A program made the position numbers and the translations under genes. From Terriglobales bacterium (GTDB lineage: Bacteria; Acidobacteriota; Terriglobia; Terriglobales; SCQP01): a DNA stretch of 64,000 bases. The DNA lies in contig JBOGKM010000110.1 of NCBI GenBank assembly GCA_050747745.1, positions 40,587-104,586 of the forward strand. The letters are read 5' to 3'. The notes beneath the pieces are model-generated. The model did no database searches. It worked only from the letters and a program-made list of their open reading frames with translations, and was not told the origin of the DNA. Positions 1 through 9,218 of this stretch are shown here, piece by piece (within the stretch, counting starts at the first letter, position 1; each line of letters begins with the position of its first letter).

Positions 1-85
1 ACTGGCCCGTACCTGGCCGTAGAATGACGCGCGCCACCGACGTCTTGCGCCGCCCGGTGGCCTGGTATTGAACAAGATCAACCAT
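1..85 (-). CDS. rpsI: 30S ribosomal protein S9, 5' fragment (continues beyond window start)
   Basis: Minus-strand translation from ATG at 85 gives MVDLVQYQATGRRKTSVARVILRPGTGQ, which contains the conserved S9 GRRK-S-ARV motif. It starts 7 nt after the rplM stop, the universal rplM-rpsI order. Confidence 0.8.
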   Translation of the reverse strand, partial: MVDLVQYQATGRRKTSVARVILRPGTGQ

Positions 86-91
86 AAGAGA

Positions 92-544
92 TTACGCTCC
101 GGCGGCGCGCTGCTTGGTCAGCTTGATGCTGACGGGCTGCTGCGCCGTATGGGGATGCTCGGCCCCGGAATAGACCTTGAGTTTGCTGGCGAGCTGCTTG
201 CCCAGGCGCGATTTGGGGAGCATGCCCTCAATCGCATCACGCACCACTTTTTCCGGATGCCGCGCCATGCGCGCTTCCAGACTGGCGGTTTTCAGCCCGC
301 CCGGCGTGCCGGTGAAATGGTGGTACTGCTTGTCTTCCCGTTTCTTGCCGGTCACTTTGATTTTGGCCGCGTTGACGATCACCACGTGCTCGCCGGTATC
401 GAGAAAGGGGGTGAAATGTACCGCGTTCTTGCCGCGCAACAACTGCGCCACGCGCGAAGCCAGCCGGCCCAGCACTTCATCGCTGGCGTCAACCAGATAC
501 CAGTGCGGCGCAACCGTTTTGCTGCTGGGAAAGTACGTGCTCAT
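92..544 (-). CDS. rplM: 50S ribosomal protein L13
   Basis: In ORF 92..634 I use the internal start MSTYFPSSKTVAPHWYLVDA. The sequences HWYLVDA..VLGRLAS..A..LRGK and GMLPK are typical L13, and the 150 aa length fits. The upstream 30 codons look spurious. Confidence 0.9.
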   Translation of the reverse strand: MSTYFPSSKTVAPHWYLVDASDEVLGRLASRVAQLLRGKNAVHFTPFLDTGEHVVIVNAAKIKVTGKKREDKQYHHFTGTPGGLKTASLEARMARHPEKVVRDAIEGMLPKSRLGKQLASKLKVYSGAEHPHTAQQPVSIKLTKQRAAGA

Positions 545-645
545 AGTTCTCGCTGGCCGACCAACCTTCTTAAGTTTTTCGCACAGGGATGCTCCGCCGC
601 TGGACGGAGCCAGAGGGAGGGCCATAGCCCACACAAGCTTACATC

Positions 646-1371
646 CTAGTAAACTTGCGCGGCTTTGTCAATTTGCGTGTCGCTGGCCCACACGTGGCGC
701 GCCATGGCGGGGGGGAAATTCAGCGCCACCGCCACCGAACGGCTGGTGTGCTGGTGCAAAAACCCGCTCACCACCCGTCCCACGCCCTGCAGCCGCTGCC
801 GCTCGGCCGGGCTGTGGACCAGCATGAATTTGAAGTCGCGCACGTAAAGGTACTCGAAATACGACAGCACGCCGCCGGGCAATAGCAGGGCGGAATACAG
901 CATCAATATGCGTTCGACCAGCTCGGGAGCGAAGTTGTTCAGCGGCAGGCCGGAAATGATGAAGTCGTATTCCGAGCACGGCGTCCAGCTGCAGATATCC
1001 TCGAAGTGGATTTTGCACGCGATGCCGCGTTCCTCCACACGCGCCTGTTCCAGCCGGGCTTCCAGCAGTGGCTCGAAGGCGCGGTTGACCTCACAGATAT
1101 CCAGCCGGTCCCCCGCGCCTAGGCGGCGCAGAATGGCGCGGGTAAACACGCCCGTGCCCGCACCGACTTCCAGCACCCGCAGCGGCTTTCGGCCCTCGGC
1201 TTGCGCCAGCGGGGCGGTGATTTCTCCCGCCAGCGCGCCGCCGCTGGGCGCTATGGCGCCGGTGGTGTGGAAGTGCCTGCGGAATTGGCTATAAAACAGC
1301 CGGTAGGTGTTCCAGGCGCTGAGCTTCGGATGGCTGGACACGGCTTCGCTTAGTATAGTCACCTCAGGCAA
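646..1371 (-). CDS. Class I SAM-dependent methyltransferase (phospholipid/rRNA-adenine methyltransferase-like)
   Basis: Motif I VLEVGAGTGVFT, then an acidic loop DICEV and post-motif IISGLP. Length 241 aa. Confidence 0.7.
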   Translation of the reverse strand: MPEVTILSEAVSSHPKLSAWNTYRLFYSQFRRHFHTTGAIAPSGGALAGEITAPLAQAEGRKPLRVLEVGAGTGVFTRAILRRLGAGDRLDICEVNRAFEPLLEARLEQARVEERGIACKIHFEDICSWTPCSEYDFIISGLPLNNFAPELVERILMLYSALLLPGGVLSYFEYLYVRDFKFMLVHSPAERQRLQGVGRVVSGFLHQHTSRSVAVALNFPPAMARHVWASDTQIDKAAQVY

Positions 1372-1422
1372 CTCACGTCACGATCCACTTGCGCAACCCC
1401 GGCGGCCTGCATCCAAACGGGT

Positions 1423-3708
1423 GTGGAAATCCATGAGGCACCCCGATCCGATCTGGTGCGGCTGGAGACGCGGCCGAATCAGTTAAACATCTCCTCTTCG
1501 CGTACGGTAATGACTTGCGGGCGCGACGGCATGGTTGCCAACGTGGATGAGCATGGCGTGTTCATCCACGAAACCCGCGTGCTGTCGCGCCTGGTGTGGC
1601 GGCTGCAGCAGGAGTTGTTCACCGCCGAGGCCACCAGCGTGCATCAAAACTCGATGCTGGTGTATGCCATCGCCCAGCCCGCGCGGCGGCTGCGCGCCTT
1701 TTCGGGCGCGATCACGGGCAAACAGCAGGCGCGCGGCGCGACCGAAGAGACCATCGAGCTGCGTTTGGCTACCGTGCTCAGCGGCGGCCTGCACCAGGAC
1801 GCCGACATCACCAACTTCACCATTCAGCCGCAGCCGGTGAGTGTGGAGCTCGAGCTGGACGCCGATTTTGCCGGTCTGGACGAAGTGCTGGATGGCCATC
1901 GGCGCCAGCGGGGCCGGCTGCGGCGCGAGCGCCGGCAACAGGACGGCGAGGTCTGGATGCGCTGGGACTATCGCGCGTGCCATCGGGGCCAGCGGCTGGA
2001 CCGTGGCGCTGCCATCCATTTGCGTGGGCTGCCCCGGAACGTCCGCTGCGGAGCCCGTAAGCTGAGCTGGCAACTCGAGCTCGCCCCCGGCGCCAGCGCG
2101 CACATCTGCCTGGAGCTGGAAGCTCACATCGAGGAGGTCGAACTGCGGCCCGCGCCCGCCTGCTACCAGCTCGAGACACGGGACCCCCGCCTCGACGCCT
2201 ATCTCACCGCCAGCACCGGCATCAGCCCGCGCCCGCAGCCACAATCCACGGTCGAGCGCGCCCTCGAGCGCGCCCGTCATGACCTCGCCAGTCTGCGCAT
2301 GTTCGACCTCGATCGGGAAAACGGCTGGGTTCCGGCCGCCGGCATTCCCAACTACGTCGCCACCTTCGGTCGCGACATACTTACCGCCGCCTGGCAGTCG
2401 GCGCTGCTCGGGCCCGACATCCTGCACGGGGCGCTGCACTTGCTGCGCGAGCTGCAGGGCCGCCGCACCGACAACTGGCGCGACGAGCAGCCGGGCAAGA
2501 TGCTGCACGAAGCCCACACCGGACCCCTTTCGGTGCTCAACTACCGTCCCCAGGGACGCTATTACGGCTCCTTCAACACCTCGCCGTTCTACATCATCGT
2601 GCTGTCGGAATTCCTGCACTGGACCGGTGACCGCGAAACCACGCTCGGCTATCTGGATGCCGCCAAAAAGACGCTTGCCTGGATGGATCGCTACGGCCAT
2701 CCCGGACACAAGCACTTCTTCGCTTTCCAAACACGCAGCTCTCAGGGTGTGAAAAACCAGGGCTGGAAGGATTCCGGCGACGCGCTCATCTACCCCGGCG
2801 GAGCCATCGTTGCCGATCCCATCGCCACCTGCGAAATCCAGGGCTACGCCTACGAAGCCAAACTGCGCATGGCTGAACTATTCTGGCTGGCCAACGAGCG
2901 CGCCGCAGCCGCGCGCGTGCTGTGGCAGGCTCATGAGCTGAAAAAGCGCTTCAACGACGTGTTCTGGATGCCAGAGGACAACTACTTCGCCATGGCCCTG
3001 GATCCTAAACACCGCTTGGTGCGCTCAATCGGCTCCGATCCCGGTGACGCCCTCGCCACCGGCATCATCGCCCGCGAGTACGTGCAGAAGACGGTCGAGC
3101 GCCTGTTTGCGCCCGATATGTTCACCGGCTGGGGCATTCGCACGCTCTCGTCCCAGCACGTCGCGTTCAATCCCTACAGCTATCATCGCGGCTCGGTCTG
3201 GCCGGCGGAAAATGCCGCGATCGGCGTGGGGCTGCGCCGCTACGGTCACACCGATCGTCTGGCCCAGCTGATGCGCGCGCAGATGGCCGTGGCCGAACGC
3301 TTTCAGTTCGTTCGCTTTCCTGAAGTCATTTGCGGTCACGCCCACTCGCTGCAGCAGCCGTTTCCGCCCGTCTATCCCAAGTCCTGTTCGCCACAGGCCT
3401 GGTCCTCCGGTGCGCCGCTGATTCTCCTGCAGATGCTGCTGGGCATTTATCCCTACGCGCCTATGCAAACCCTGTTCCTCGATCCGCAGCTGCCCGATTG
3501 GCTGCCGCGGATTCGCCTGGAGGGCCTGCGCGTGGGCCAGGCATGCGTGGATATTGATTTTGAGCGCGATGCGAGCGGGGCCAGCCGCTACCAGGTTCAC
3601 GAACGCGCGGGCAAGCTGCGGGTGGTGAAACAACCTTCGCCCTGGTCGGTGTTTGCCACCCCGGCCGAGCGCATCGAGGACTTCATCGGCTCGCTCCGCG
3701 CGGCCTGA
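1423..3708 (+). CDS. Amylo-alpha-1,6-glucosidase family protein (bacterial glycogen-debranching-enzyme-like, GDE_N + GDE_C)
   Basis: 761 aa, GTG start. Carries FGRD, WRDEQPGKMLHE, NQGWKDSGD, CEIQGY, YHRGSVWP and CSPQAWS, the motifs typical of the (alpha/alpha)6 GDE_C domain. Confidence 0.85.
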   Translation: MEIHEAPRSDLVRLETRPNQLNISSSRTVMTCGRDGMVANVDEHGVFIHETRVLSRLVWRLQQELFTAEATSVHQNSMLVYAIAQPARRLRAFSGAITGKQQARGATEETIELRLATVLSGGLHQDADITNFTIQPQPVSVELELDADFAGLDEVLDGHRRQRGRLRRERRQQDGEVWMRWDYRACHRGQRLDRGAAIHLRGLPRNVRCGARKLSWQLELAPGASAHICLELEAHIEEVELRPAPACYQLETRDPRLDAYLTASTGISPRPQPQSTVERALERARHDLASLRMFDLDRENGWVPAAGIPNYVATFGRDILTAAWQSALLGPDILHGALHLLRELQGRRTDNWRDEQPGKMLHEAHTGPLSVLNYRPQGRYYGSFNTSPFYIIVLSEFLHWTGDRETTLGYLDAAKKTLAWMDRYGHPGHKHFFAFQTRSSQGVKNQGWKDSGDALIYPGGAIVADPIATCEIQGYAYEAKLRMAELFWLANERAAAARVLWQAHELKKRFNDVFWMPEDNYFAMALDPKHRLVRSIGSDPGDALATGIIAREYVQKTVERLFAPDMFTGWGIRTLSSQHVAFNPYSYHRGSVWPAENAAIGVGLRRYGHTDRLAQLMRAQMAVAERFQFVRFPEVICGHAHSLQQPFPPVYPKSCSPQAWSSGAPLILLQMLLGIYPYAPMQTLFLDPQLPDWLPRIRLEGLRVGQACVDIDFERDASGASRYQVHERAGKLRVVKQPSPWSVFATPAERIEDFIGSLRAA

Positions 3709-3754
3709 GTAAAATCCCCGAACTGGCGTACCGCTGCCTGCGTATGATCGGGCT

Positions 3755-4738
3755 ATGAAGCACTTCCTCAATGCCCTCCTCGCCATCCTGGCGCTGGCGC
3801 TCGCGCTGACGGCGCTTCCGGCCGCGCTCGCCGCTCAGCAGGGCAGCTTTCACCGCCAGTACCAGGTCAACGGGCCAGTGACGCTCGAAATCCACAATGG
3901 CGCGGGTGACGTTCACGTCACCGCACTGCCTGGTAACACGGTGACCGTGGATGCCACCATCCGGCAGAGCTTCGGGTTCTTTCTTGGCTCCGATCCCCAA
4001 GCGGTGCAGCGCGTGGAACATCAGCCGCCCATCACCCAGGACGGCAATACCATCCGCATCTCGCGCATCCAGGGCTATTGGGCGCGCCACATCTCGATTC
4101 GCTACACCATCACCGCGCCTCCGGATACGCAGGTGAGCGCGCAGACCGGCTCCGGCGACGTTGATCTCGACGGCCTGCAGCGCCCCGCCCGCCTGCACAC
4201 CGGCTCCGGTGACGTCCACGTTACCCGGCTCGGCGGCGATCTGCATGCCTCCACCGGCAGCGGCGACATCGTCTTTGGCAGTATTCAGGGCAGCGCGCAT
4301 TTCTCCACTGGCAGCGGCGATATCCGCGGCCGTGAGATCGCCGGAAGGCTGCGCGCCGATACCGGCAGCGGCGACGTAATCGTAAACCAGGTCGGCCAGG
4401 GCGCCTACGCTTCGACCGGCAGCGGCAGTGTTCACCTCGATGCGGTCACGGGCGATGTCACCGCGCAAACCGCCAGTGGCGATGTATCCGTTGGCGGCAC
4501 CATCGGCGTTGGCCACCGCTGGGACCTGGGCACCAGCTCAGGCGCAGTCTACGTCTCCCTCCACGTCGTCGGCTCGGTTGCGGCGCAGCTGTACTCATCG
4601 TCCGGCGGCATTGACGTTCATCTGCCGTCTGAGAACGTCTCCAGTAGCCGCCACTCCTGGTCCGGCACCCTCGGCAGCGGCGCGCCCTCGGGTACGCTGG
4701 TCGCGCATTCCTCCAGCGGCGGCATCGTAGTGCACTGA
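3755..4738 (+). CDS. Secreted DUF4097-type beta-helix repeat protein (putative adhesin)
   Basis: N-terminal signal peptide MKHFLNALLAILALALALTALPAALAAQ. Repeated TGSGD(V/I) units follow. Confidence 0.75.
   Translation: MKHFLNALLAILALALALTALPAALAAQQGSFHRQYQVNGPVTLEIHNGAGDVHVTALPGNTVTVDATIRQSFGFFLGSDPQAVQRVEHQPPITQDGNTIRISRIQGYWARHISIRYTITAPPDTQVSAQTGSGDVDLDGLQRPARLHTGSGDVHVTRLGGDLHASTGSGDIVFGSIQGSAHFSTGSGDIRGREIAGRLRADTGSGDVIVNQVGQGAYASTGSGSVHLDAVTGDVTAQTASGDVSVGGTIGVGHRWDLGTSSGAVYVSLHVVGSVAAQLYSSSGGIDVHLPSENVSSSRHSWSGTLGSGAPSGTLVAHSSSGGIVVH
4136..4504 (+). repeat. Seven tandem in-frame 54-nt (18-residue) coding repeats inside the DUF4097 gene
   Basis: TGSGD/TASGD begins at residues 131, 149, 167, 185, 203, 221 and 239, an exact 18-residue period. 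Confidence 0.8.
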
Positions 4739-4937
4739 AAGTTGCCGGCGCCGCCGGACAACCCGAGCGGCCATGCCAGCATCCAATTCTTCCGACTATG
4801 AGTGCAATGCCCGCCCCTCCCGTCCCTGCAGCGGTCCAGATTGGAACCCATGCCCGCTGCGGTCAGTCCAGAGCGCAACCGAGCGATTTCAATAACTTGC
4901 AGACAAAATCTGTAGAAACCGAGCGCCCCCGCCGCCG

Positions 4938-7220
4938 CTAACTCAACCCACCTGAACGGGGGGTGAAATCGACGGAAATGGAGAGCCGGTCGCCCTGCAC
5001 GTCCAGCACGTTGCAAAACGTGCGCTGGCCGCGGCGATTGAACTCCAGCGTCACTTGGCTGTTGCCGATACGCAGGTGGTGCAGCCGTAGCCAGGAAAGC
5101 CAGTCCGGCAGCAGCGGATTGACCACCCGCAGCTCGCGCCGTCCGGCGTTGGGGCGCAGGCCGAGCGCGGCGGTGAGCAGCAGAAACCACGCGCCTGAGG
5201 CCCACGCCTGCGGCGAGCAGGAAACTGGATAATTCACTGGCTGGTCGAACTCGTTGCGCTGCACGCCCACGAACAACTCCGGCAGGCGCTGATCGCGGAA
5301 GAAATTCGCGGCCTGGAACAGGCCGGTGAGAATACGCAGCAGCGGCTGTTTGAAATCGTAAAAGGCGAAGCCCTGCGCGGCCAGCGAGTTGTCGTGCGGC
5401 CAGACCGAGCCGCGATGATAGCTGAGCGGATTGAAGGTGGCTTCGTCGGCCGAGAGGGTGCGCACGCCCCAGCCGCTGAACATGTCGGCGCGCATCAGGC
5501 GGCGCGTGAGTTGGCGCGCGCGGTCGCGCCCGATGATGCGGCTCCAGAGTAGATGCCCGGCATTGGAGGTGATCGCGCGCACCGGTCGCTTCTGCGCGTC
5601 GAGCGCGGCCGCGTAGAAGCCCTGATCCGGAAGCCAGAATTGCTTCTCGAAGCGGTGCGAAAGTTCGGTGGCCTGCCGCCGCAGGCGGTCGGCGCCGCCG
5701 CTGTCGCCGCAGATGCGCAGCAGCCGCGCCATGCGGTAGCGCGCGTCGTAGCAATAGCCCTGCACTTCGCACAGCGCCAACGGCGGCGGGGGCAGGCTGC
5801 CATCGGGCAAGAGATAGGCATCCCAGGAATCTTTCCATCCCTGATTCGCCAGCCCCTGCGGCGAGCGCCGCAGGAATTCCACCAGTCCATCGCCATCCAG
5901 ATCCCCCGATTCATCCATCCACGCCAGCGCGCGCCGCGCTGCCGGCAGCAGCTCTTTCAGCAGTTCGTCGTCGCCGGTCCAGTTGTAGGTTTCATCCAGC
6001 ACGATGAGAAACAGCGGGGTTGCGTCCACCGAACCGAAATAGGGCGCGTGCGGCATCTCGCCGGCGCGCGTCATCTCGCCTTCGCGCATCTCGTGCAAGA
6101 TTTTTCCCGGCTCCTCGTCGCGCCAGTCGTCGCGGCGCGTGCCCTGATGGCGGGCGAGAAAACGCAGCGTCTCCTTGGCCAGGCGTGGATGCAGCATCAG
6201 CGCCTGGTAGCTGGCAATGAGGGAATCGCGGCCGAAGATGGTGGCGAACCAAGGTATGCCGGCGGCCACGATCTCGCCCGCCTCGCGCGGCACGGTGCCG
6301 CAATCGGCGCTCCCGGCCTTGCCCGCAAACGGCACCCGCAGCGAAAAAAAATCGCTCATCGCCGTCTGCAGACAGCGGGTAAACAGGTCATCGCTCGACT
6401 CGAAGCTGGTGGTGGCACGCTCCCAGTCCTGGTAGTTGGCGCGACGGCGCGCCAGGCACGCCGCGAAGCTGGAATCCACGCTGGCAGCGGTACCGCCGCC
6501 CGGTGGGGGCCGCTCGCCCGCGTCTGCCTCGACCGTACACAGCAGCGTGCGTTCGGCCCCGGGCGGGAGCGCGATGTCGAAGCGGGCCGAACGCGGTTGC
6601 AGGGTGCCCGGCGCTGGCGAGAAGCGGATGCGCGTCTGGCGGAACACGTCGTCGCGTCCGAGGTAGGAAAACGTCACCCCATCCGGACCCGGCTGGGGCC
6701 GGAAATATGTTCCCGCCGCTTGGCGCAGCATGCCGCGCACCTGAAACACATCCATGAAGTCGGCATCAAAGTGCAGCTCGACGGTCAGCGCCACCGGCTG
6801 CAGGCTGAAGTTGTGAAAAGTGAAGCGGTCGAAGAACCGCCCCGCCAGCAACTGCTCGCGATGGATATGCACGGTGTTTTCGGGCAGATCGAGGTTGTCG
6901 CGGACAGCCAGCGTGGCGGCGGTGAGCTCGATCTGCGCCAGCAGATTTTGCTGCGTTGCCGCCGACAGTACCAGCGCCCGATGACCGCTGATCAACAGCT
7001 CCCAATGGCTCAAAAAGCGCGTGTCCTGGTAGAACAACCCGGCATCGGTCGAGCTGGGCGGGGTGATGTCGCCAGCCAGCGCCGTGGCCAGAAACGTCTT
7101 GCCGTCAATCAGGGTTAGGTTGTTGACGCGGCGCGGCTCGGACGTGTGCGCCACCCGCGGCTGCTGCGGCGCGGCTTCCACTTCCAAGCCCCGGAAACTG
7201 ATCCCCTCGCCTGCTCCCAT
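4938..7220 (-). CDS. Amylo-alpha-1,6-glucosidase family protein, second paralogue
   Basis: 760 aa with the same motif set as 1423..3708: FGRDS, WRDEEPGKILHE, NQGWKDSWD, CEVQGY, YHRGSVWPHD, CSPQAWASG. Confidence 0.85.
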   Translation of the reverse strand: MGAGEGISFRGLEVEAAPQQPRVAHTSEPRRVNNLTLIDGKTFLATALAGDITPPSSTDAGLFYQDTRFLSHWELLISGHRALVLSAATQQNLLAQIELTAATLAVRDNLDLPENTVHIHREQLLAGRFFDRFTFHNFSLQPVALTVELHFDADFMDVFQVRGMLRQAAGTYFRPQPGPDGVTFSYLGRDDVFRQTRIRFSPAPGTLQPRSARFDIALPPGAERTLLCTVEADAGERPPPGGGTAASVDSSFAACLARRRANYQDWERATTSFESSDDLFTRCLQTAMSDFFSLRVPFAGKAGSADCGTVPREAGEIVAAGIPWFATIFGRDSLIASYQALMLHPRLAKETLRFLARHQGTRRDDWRDEEPGKILHEMREGEMTRAGEMPHAPYFGSVDATPLFLIVLDETYNWTGDDELLKELLPAARRALAWMDESGDLDGDGLVEFLRRSPQGLANQGWKDSWDAYLLPDGSLPPPPLALCEVQGYCYDARYRMARLLRICGDSGGADRLRRQATELSHRFEKQFWLPDQGFYAAALDAQKRPVRAITSNAGHLLWSRIIGRDRARQLTRRLMRADMFSGWGVRTLSADEATFNPLSYHRGSVWPHDNSLAAQGFAFYDFKQPLLRILTGLFQAANFFRDQRLPELFVGVQRNEFDQPVNYPVSCSPQAWASGAWFLLLTAALGLRPNAGRRELRVVNPLLPDWLSWLRLHHLRIGNSQVTLEFNRRGQRTFCNVLDVQGDRLSISVDFTPRSGGLS

Positions 7221-7226
7221 CTCTGG

Positions 7227-8273
7227 TTACGATGCGGCCTCCAGGCGCGGGGCCGCAGCCTCATGACAGGCGCGGTACACGTCCAGGTAATCGTCGACCA
7301 TGCGCTCCAAGCTGAAGTGCTGTTCCACGTAGGCGCGGCAGGTTTCCGGTGCGATGTGCAGCGTGCGCGCGTAAAGCGCCATTTCATCCACTCCGCGGCA
7401 CACCCAGCCGGAAACGCCATTTTCCACGACTTCCGGGACCGAGCCGCGCGCAAAAGCGAGCACCGGAACGCCGCATGCCATCGCCTCGATCATCACCAAG
7501 CCGAACGGTTCCTCCCATTCGATCGGAAACAGCAGCGCCCGCGCCCCCGCCAGCAGTTCGTTTTTGCCGGCTAAATCCAGCTCGCCCACATACTCAATGC
7601 CGCCGCCCAGCCGTGGCCGCACCCGCCGCTCCCAGTAGTCGCGGAACATGGGCTGGATCTCGCCTGCAATCTTCAGCGGCATGCCCGCTCGGCGTGCCAC
7701 CGCGATGGCGGTGTGCGTACCTTTAATCGGCGCCACGCGGCCGATGAAGCATAGGTAATCGCGGCGTCCGTTGGCCACATGGTAGCGCTGGCAGCGCAGG
7801 CCGTGATGGATCACCCTCAGCCCGGGAATTTGTTCCGCCAGTGCCTGACGATGACTGATGGCCACGTAACGCACTTGCGGAAATGCCTGATAATAGCGGC
7901 TCAGCGCCGGCTCCTTGGGATGATGCACTGTATAGACGAACGGCGCGGAAACGAAGCGCGACAGGTTCAGTCCGGGTGCATTGTTCATGTGAATAACGTC
8001 GCAATCGCGCGCCGCATCCTGGCAGGCCCAACTGGAATGCTCCAGATCCTCCAGGCTGCTCTCCAGAGCCGACTCGATCGGCCAGCGTCCTTCGTCTGCC
8101 CGCCAGCGAATCTCGCAACCCACTTTCGAGTTACCCACGGTATAAACGACGGGGTGGTGGCCGCGCGCTTTCAAACCTTCCGCCAAAAGCGCTACGAAGA
8201 GTTCGGTCCCGCCGTAGCGTAGCGGCGGGACCGTGATGAACGGAGGAACGACCAGACCGATTCTAAGCTGCAT
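7227..8273 (-). CDS. Glycosyltransferase family 4 (GT-B, group 1)
   Basis: N-terminal PPLRYGGTELFV. C-terminal E-x7-E region FPIEWEEPFGLVMIEAMACGVPV. It ends 6 nt upstream of the GDE paralogue start. Confidence 0.85.
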   Translation of the reverse strand: MQLRIGLVVPPFITVPPLRYGGTELFVALLAEGLKARGHHPVVYTVGNSKVGCEIRWRADEGRWPIESALESSLEDLEHSSWACQDAARDCDVIHMNNAPGLNLSRFVSAPFVYTVHHPKEPALSRYYQAFPQVRYVAISHRQALAEQIPGLRVIHHGLRCQRYHVANGRRDYLCFIGRVAPIKGTHTAIAVARRAGMPLKIAGEIQPMFRDYWERRVRPRLGGGIEYVGELDLAGKNELLAGARALLFPIEWEEPFGLVMIEAMACGVPVLAFARGSVPEVVENGVSGWVCRGVDEMALYARTLHIAPETCRAYVEQHFSLERMVDDYLDVYRACHEAAAPRLEAAS

Positions 8274-8355
8274 CGAACTGAAGTGTTAGATGTAGCCTGA
8301 GGCCGGAGGCTGTATGTACCCCGCTCCCGGCGCCCAGTATCGGCCGTGCGCAGCC

Positions 8356-8769
8356 TCACCAGCTGCTGTAGGGAGTGCCGTTCAGTCCGTTGCCGGAGGC
8401 GCCGCTGTGCACGTCCACGATGCCGCCCATGGTCTGATCGGGCGACATGATGTCCTGGCTGTTCTGGGTCACCCAGGTATCGGCCGAGTGCGTGATCGGG
8501 TCCACCGGAATGGCGTGCAAATAGCCCGCCGTAACCAAATCGTCCAGCGATTGCGGCGCCTGCTGCTTATCCAGCGTATATTGGTTGATCAGCGAACGGA
8601 GCTGGAACAAGTCGTCGCGCAGCACCGCTTCCTGCGAGGCACGGATCGTGGTGCGATAGTTCGGCACGGCCATGGCCAGCAAAATGCCGATGATGGCCAG
8701 CACCATAATCAGCTCGATCAAAGTAAAACCGGCGCTAACGCGGTGCCGCTGGAGCCTGCGGCTCACCAT
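8356..8769 (-). CDS. GspG-like pseudopilin (prepilin-type N-terminal cleavage/methylation domain)
   Basis: GFTLIELIMVLAIIGILLAMAVPNY N-methylation/TM motif, then the GspG-like LRSLINQYTLDKQQAPQSLDDL. Confidence 0.8.
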   Translation of the reverse strand: MVSRRLQRHRVSAGFTLIELIMVLAIIGILLAMAVPNYRTTIRASQEAVLRDDLFQLRSLINQYTLDKQQAPQSLDDLVTAGYLHAIPVDPITHSADTWVTQNSQDIMSPDQTMGGIVDVHSGASGNGLNGTPYSSW

Positions 8770-9218
8770 TGGTCCACCTGCGTGCCATCGAGAGCTGTCG
8801 CTTGGCTGGTGGTGTAGACGTCAAACACGTCCTGCCCGCCCCAACTGGTCGAATCGGGCGCATCCTGCACCGAGCGCAAACCCCAGGTGTAGGAGTCGGT
8901 GAATGGATCCTCGGGGATTTTCCGCAAAAAGCGGATCTTCTCCGTGCCCATCTGCACGCCATCCACCAGCGTCTGCAAGTCGGGCGGATAGCCGTGGGTA
9001 TCGGTCTGCACCTGAATCAGGCCGCGGTCGGCGGCATCCTTGTAGCGGTCTATGGCGTTGCGCATTTCGCGCAAATCCACGCGCAGCAGGTGCTCCTTTT
9101 CGCGCTCGATGCTGATGCGCGCCAGCGGTATGGCCATCGAGGTGAGCACCACCAGAATGGCCGTGGCCACCAGCATCTCCACCAGCGTGAAGCCGGCGGT
9201 GAGGCGGCGGCGCTTCAT
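8763..9218 (-). CDS. GspG-like pseudopilin (prepilin-type N-terminal cleavage/methylation domain)
   Basis: GFTLVEMLVATAILVVLTSMAIP motif and LREMRNAIDRYKDA..GYPPDLQTLV, a GspG-like core. It overlaps its neighbours by 4 and 7 nt. Confidence 0.8.
   Translation of the reverse strand: MKRRRLTAGFTLVEMLVATAILVVLTSMAIPLARISIEREKEHLLRVDLREMRNAIDRYKDAADRGLIQVQTDTHGYPPDLQTLVDGVQMGTEKIRFLRKIPEDPFTDSYTWGLRSVQDAPDSTSWGGQDVFDVYTTSQATALDGTQVDQW

Noticed and set aside
4877-4925. Two 9-bp direct repeats (AACCGAGCG) bracketing an AT-richer 31-nt stretch in the convergent gap between the DUF4097 and GDE genes
   Set aside because: The repeats are short and could arise by chance. No stable structure or RNA-gene features are recognisable. 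It may simply be terminator-region sequence.
8274-8355. Possible hairpin (AGCCT-N8-AGGCT) between the pseudopilin and GT4 genes
   Set aside because: A 5-bp stem without a U-tract is not distinguishable from background.
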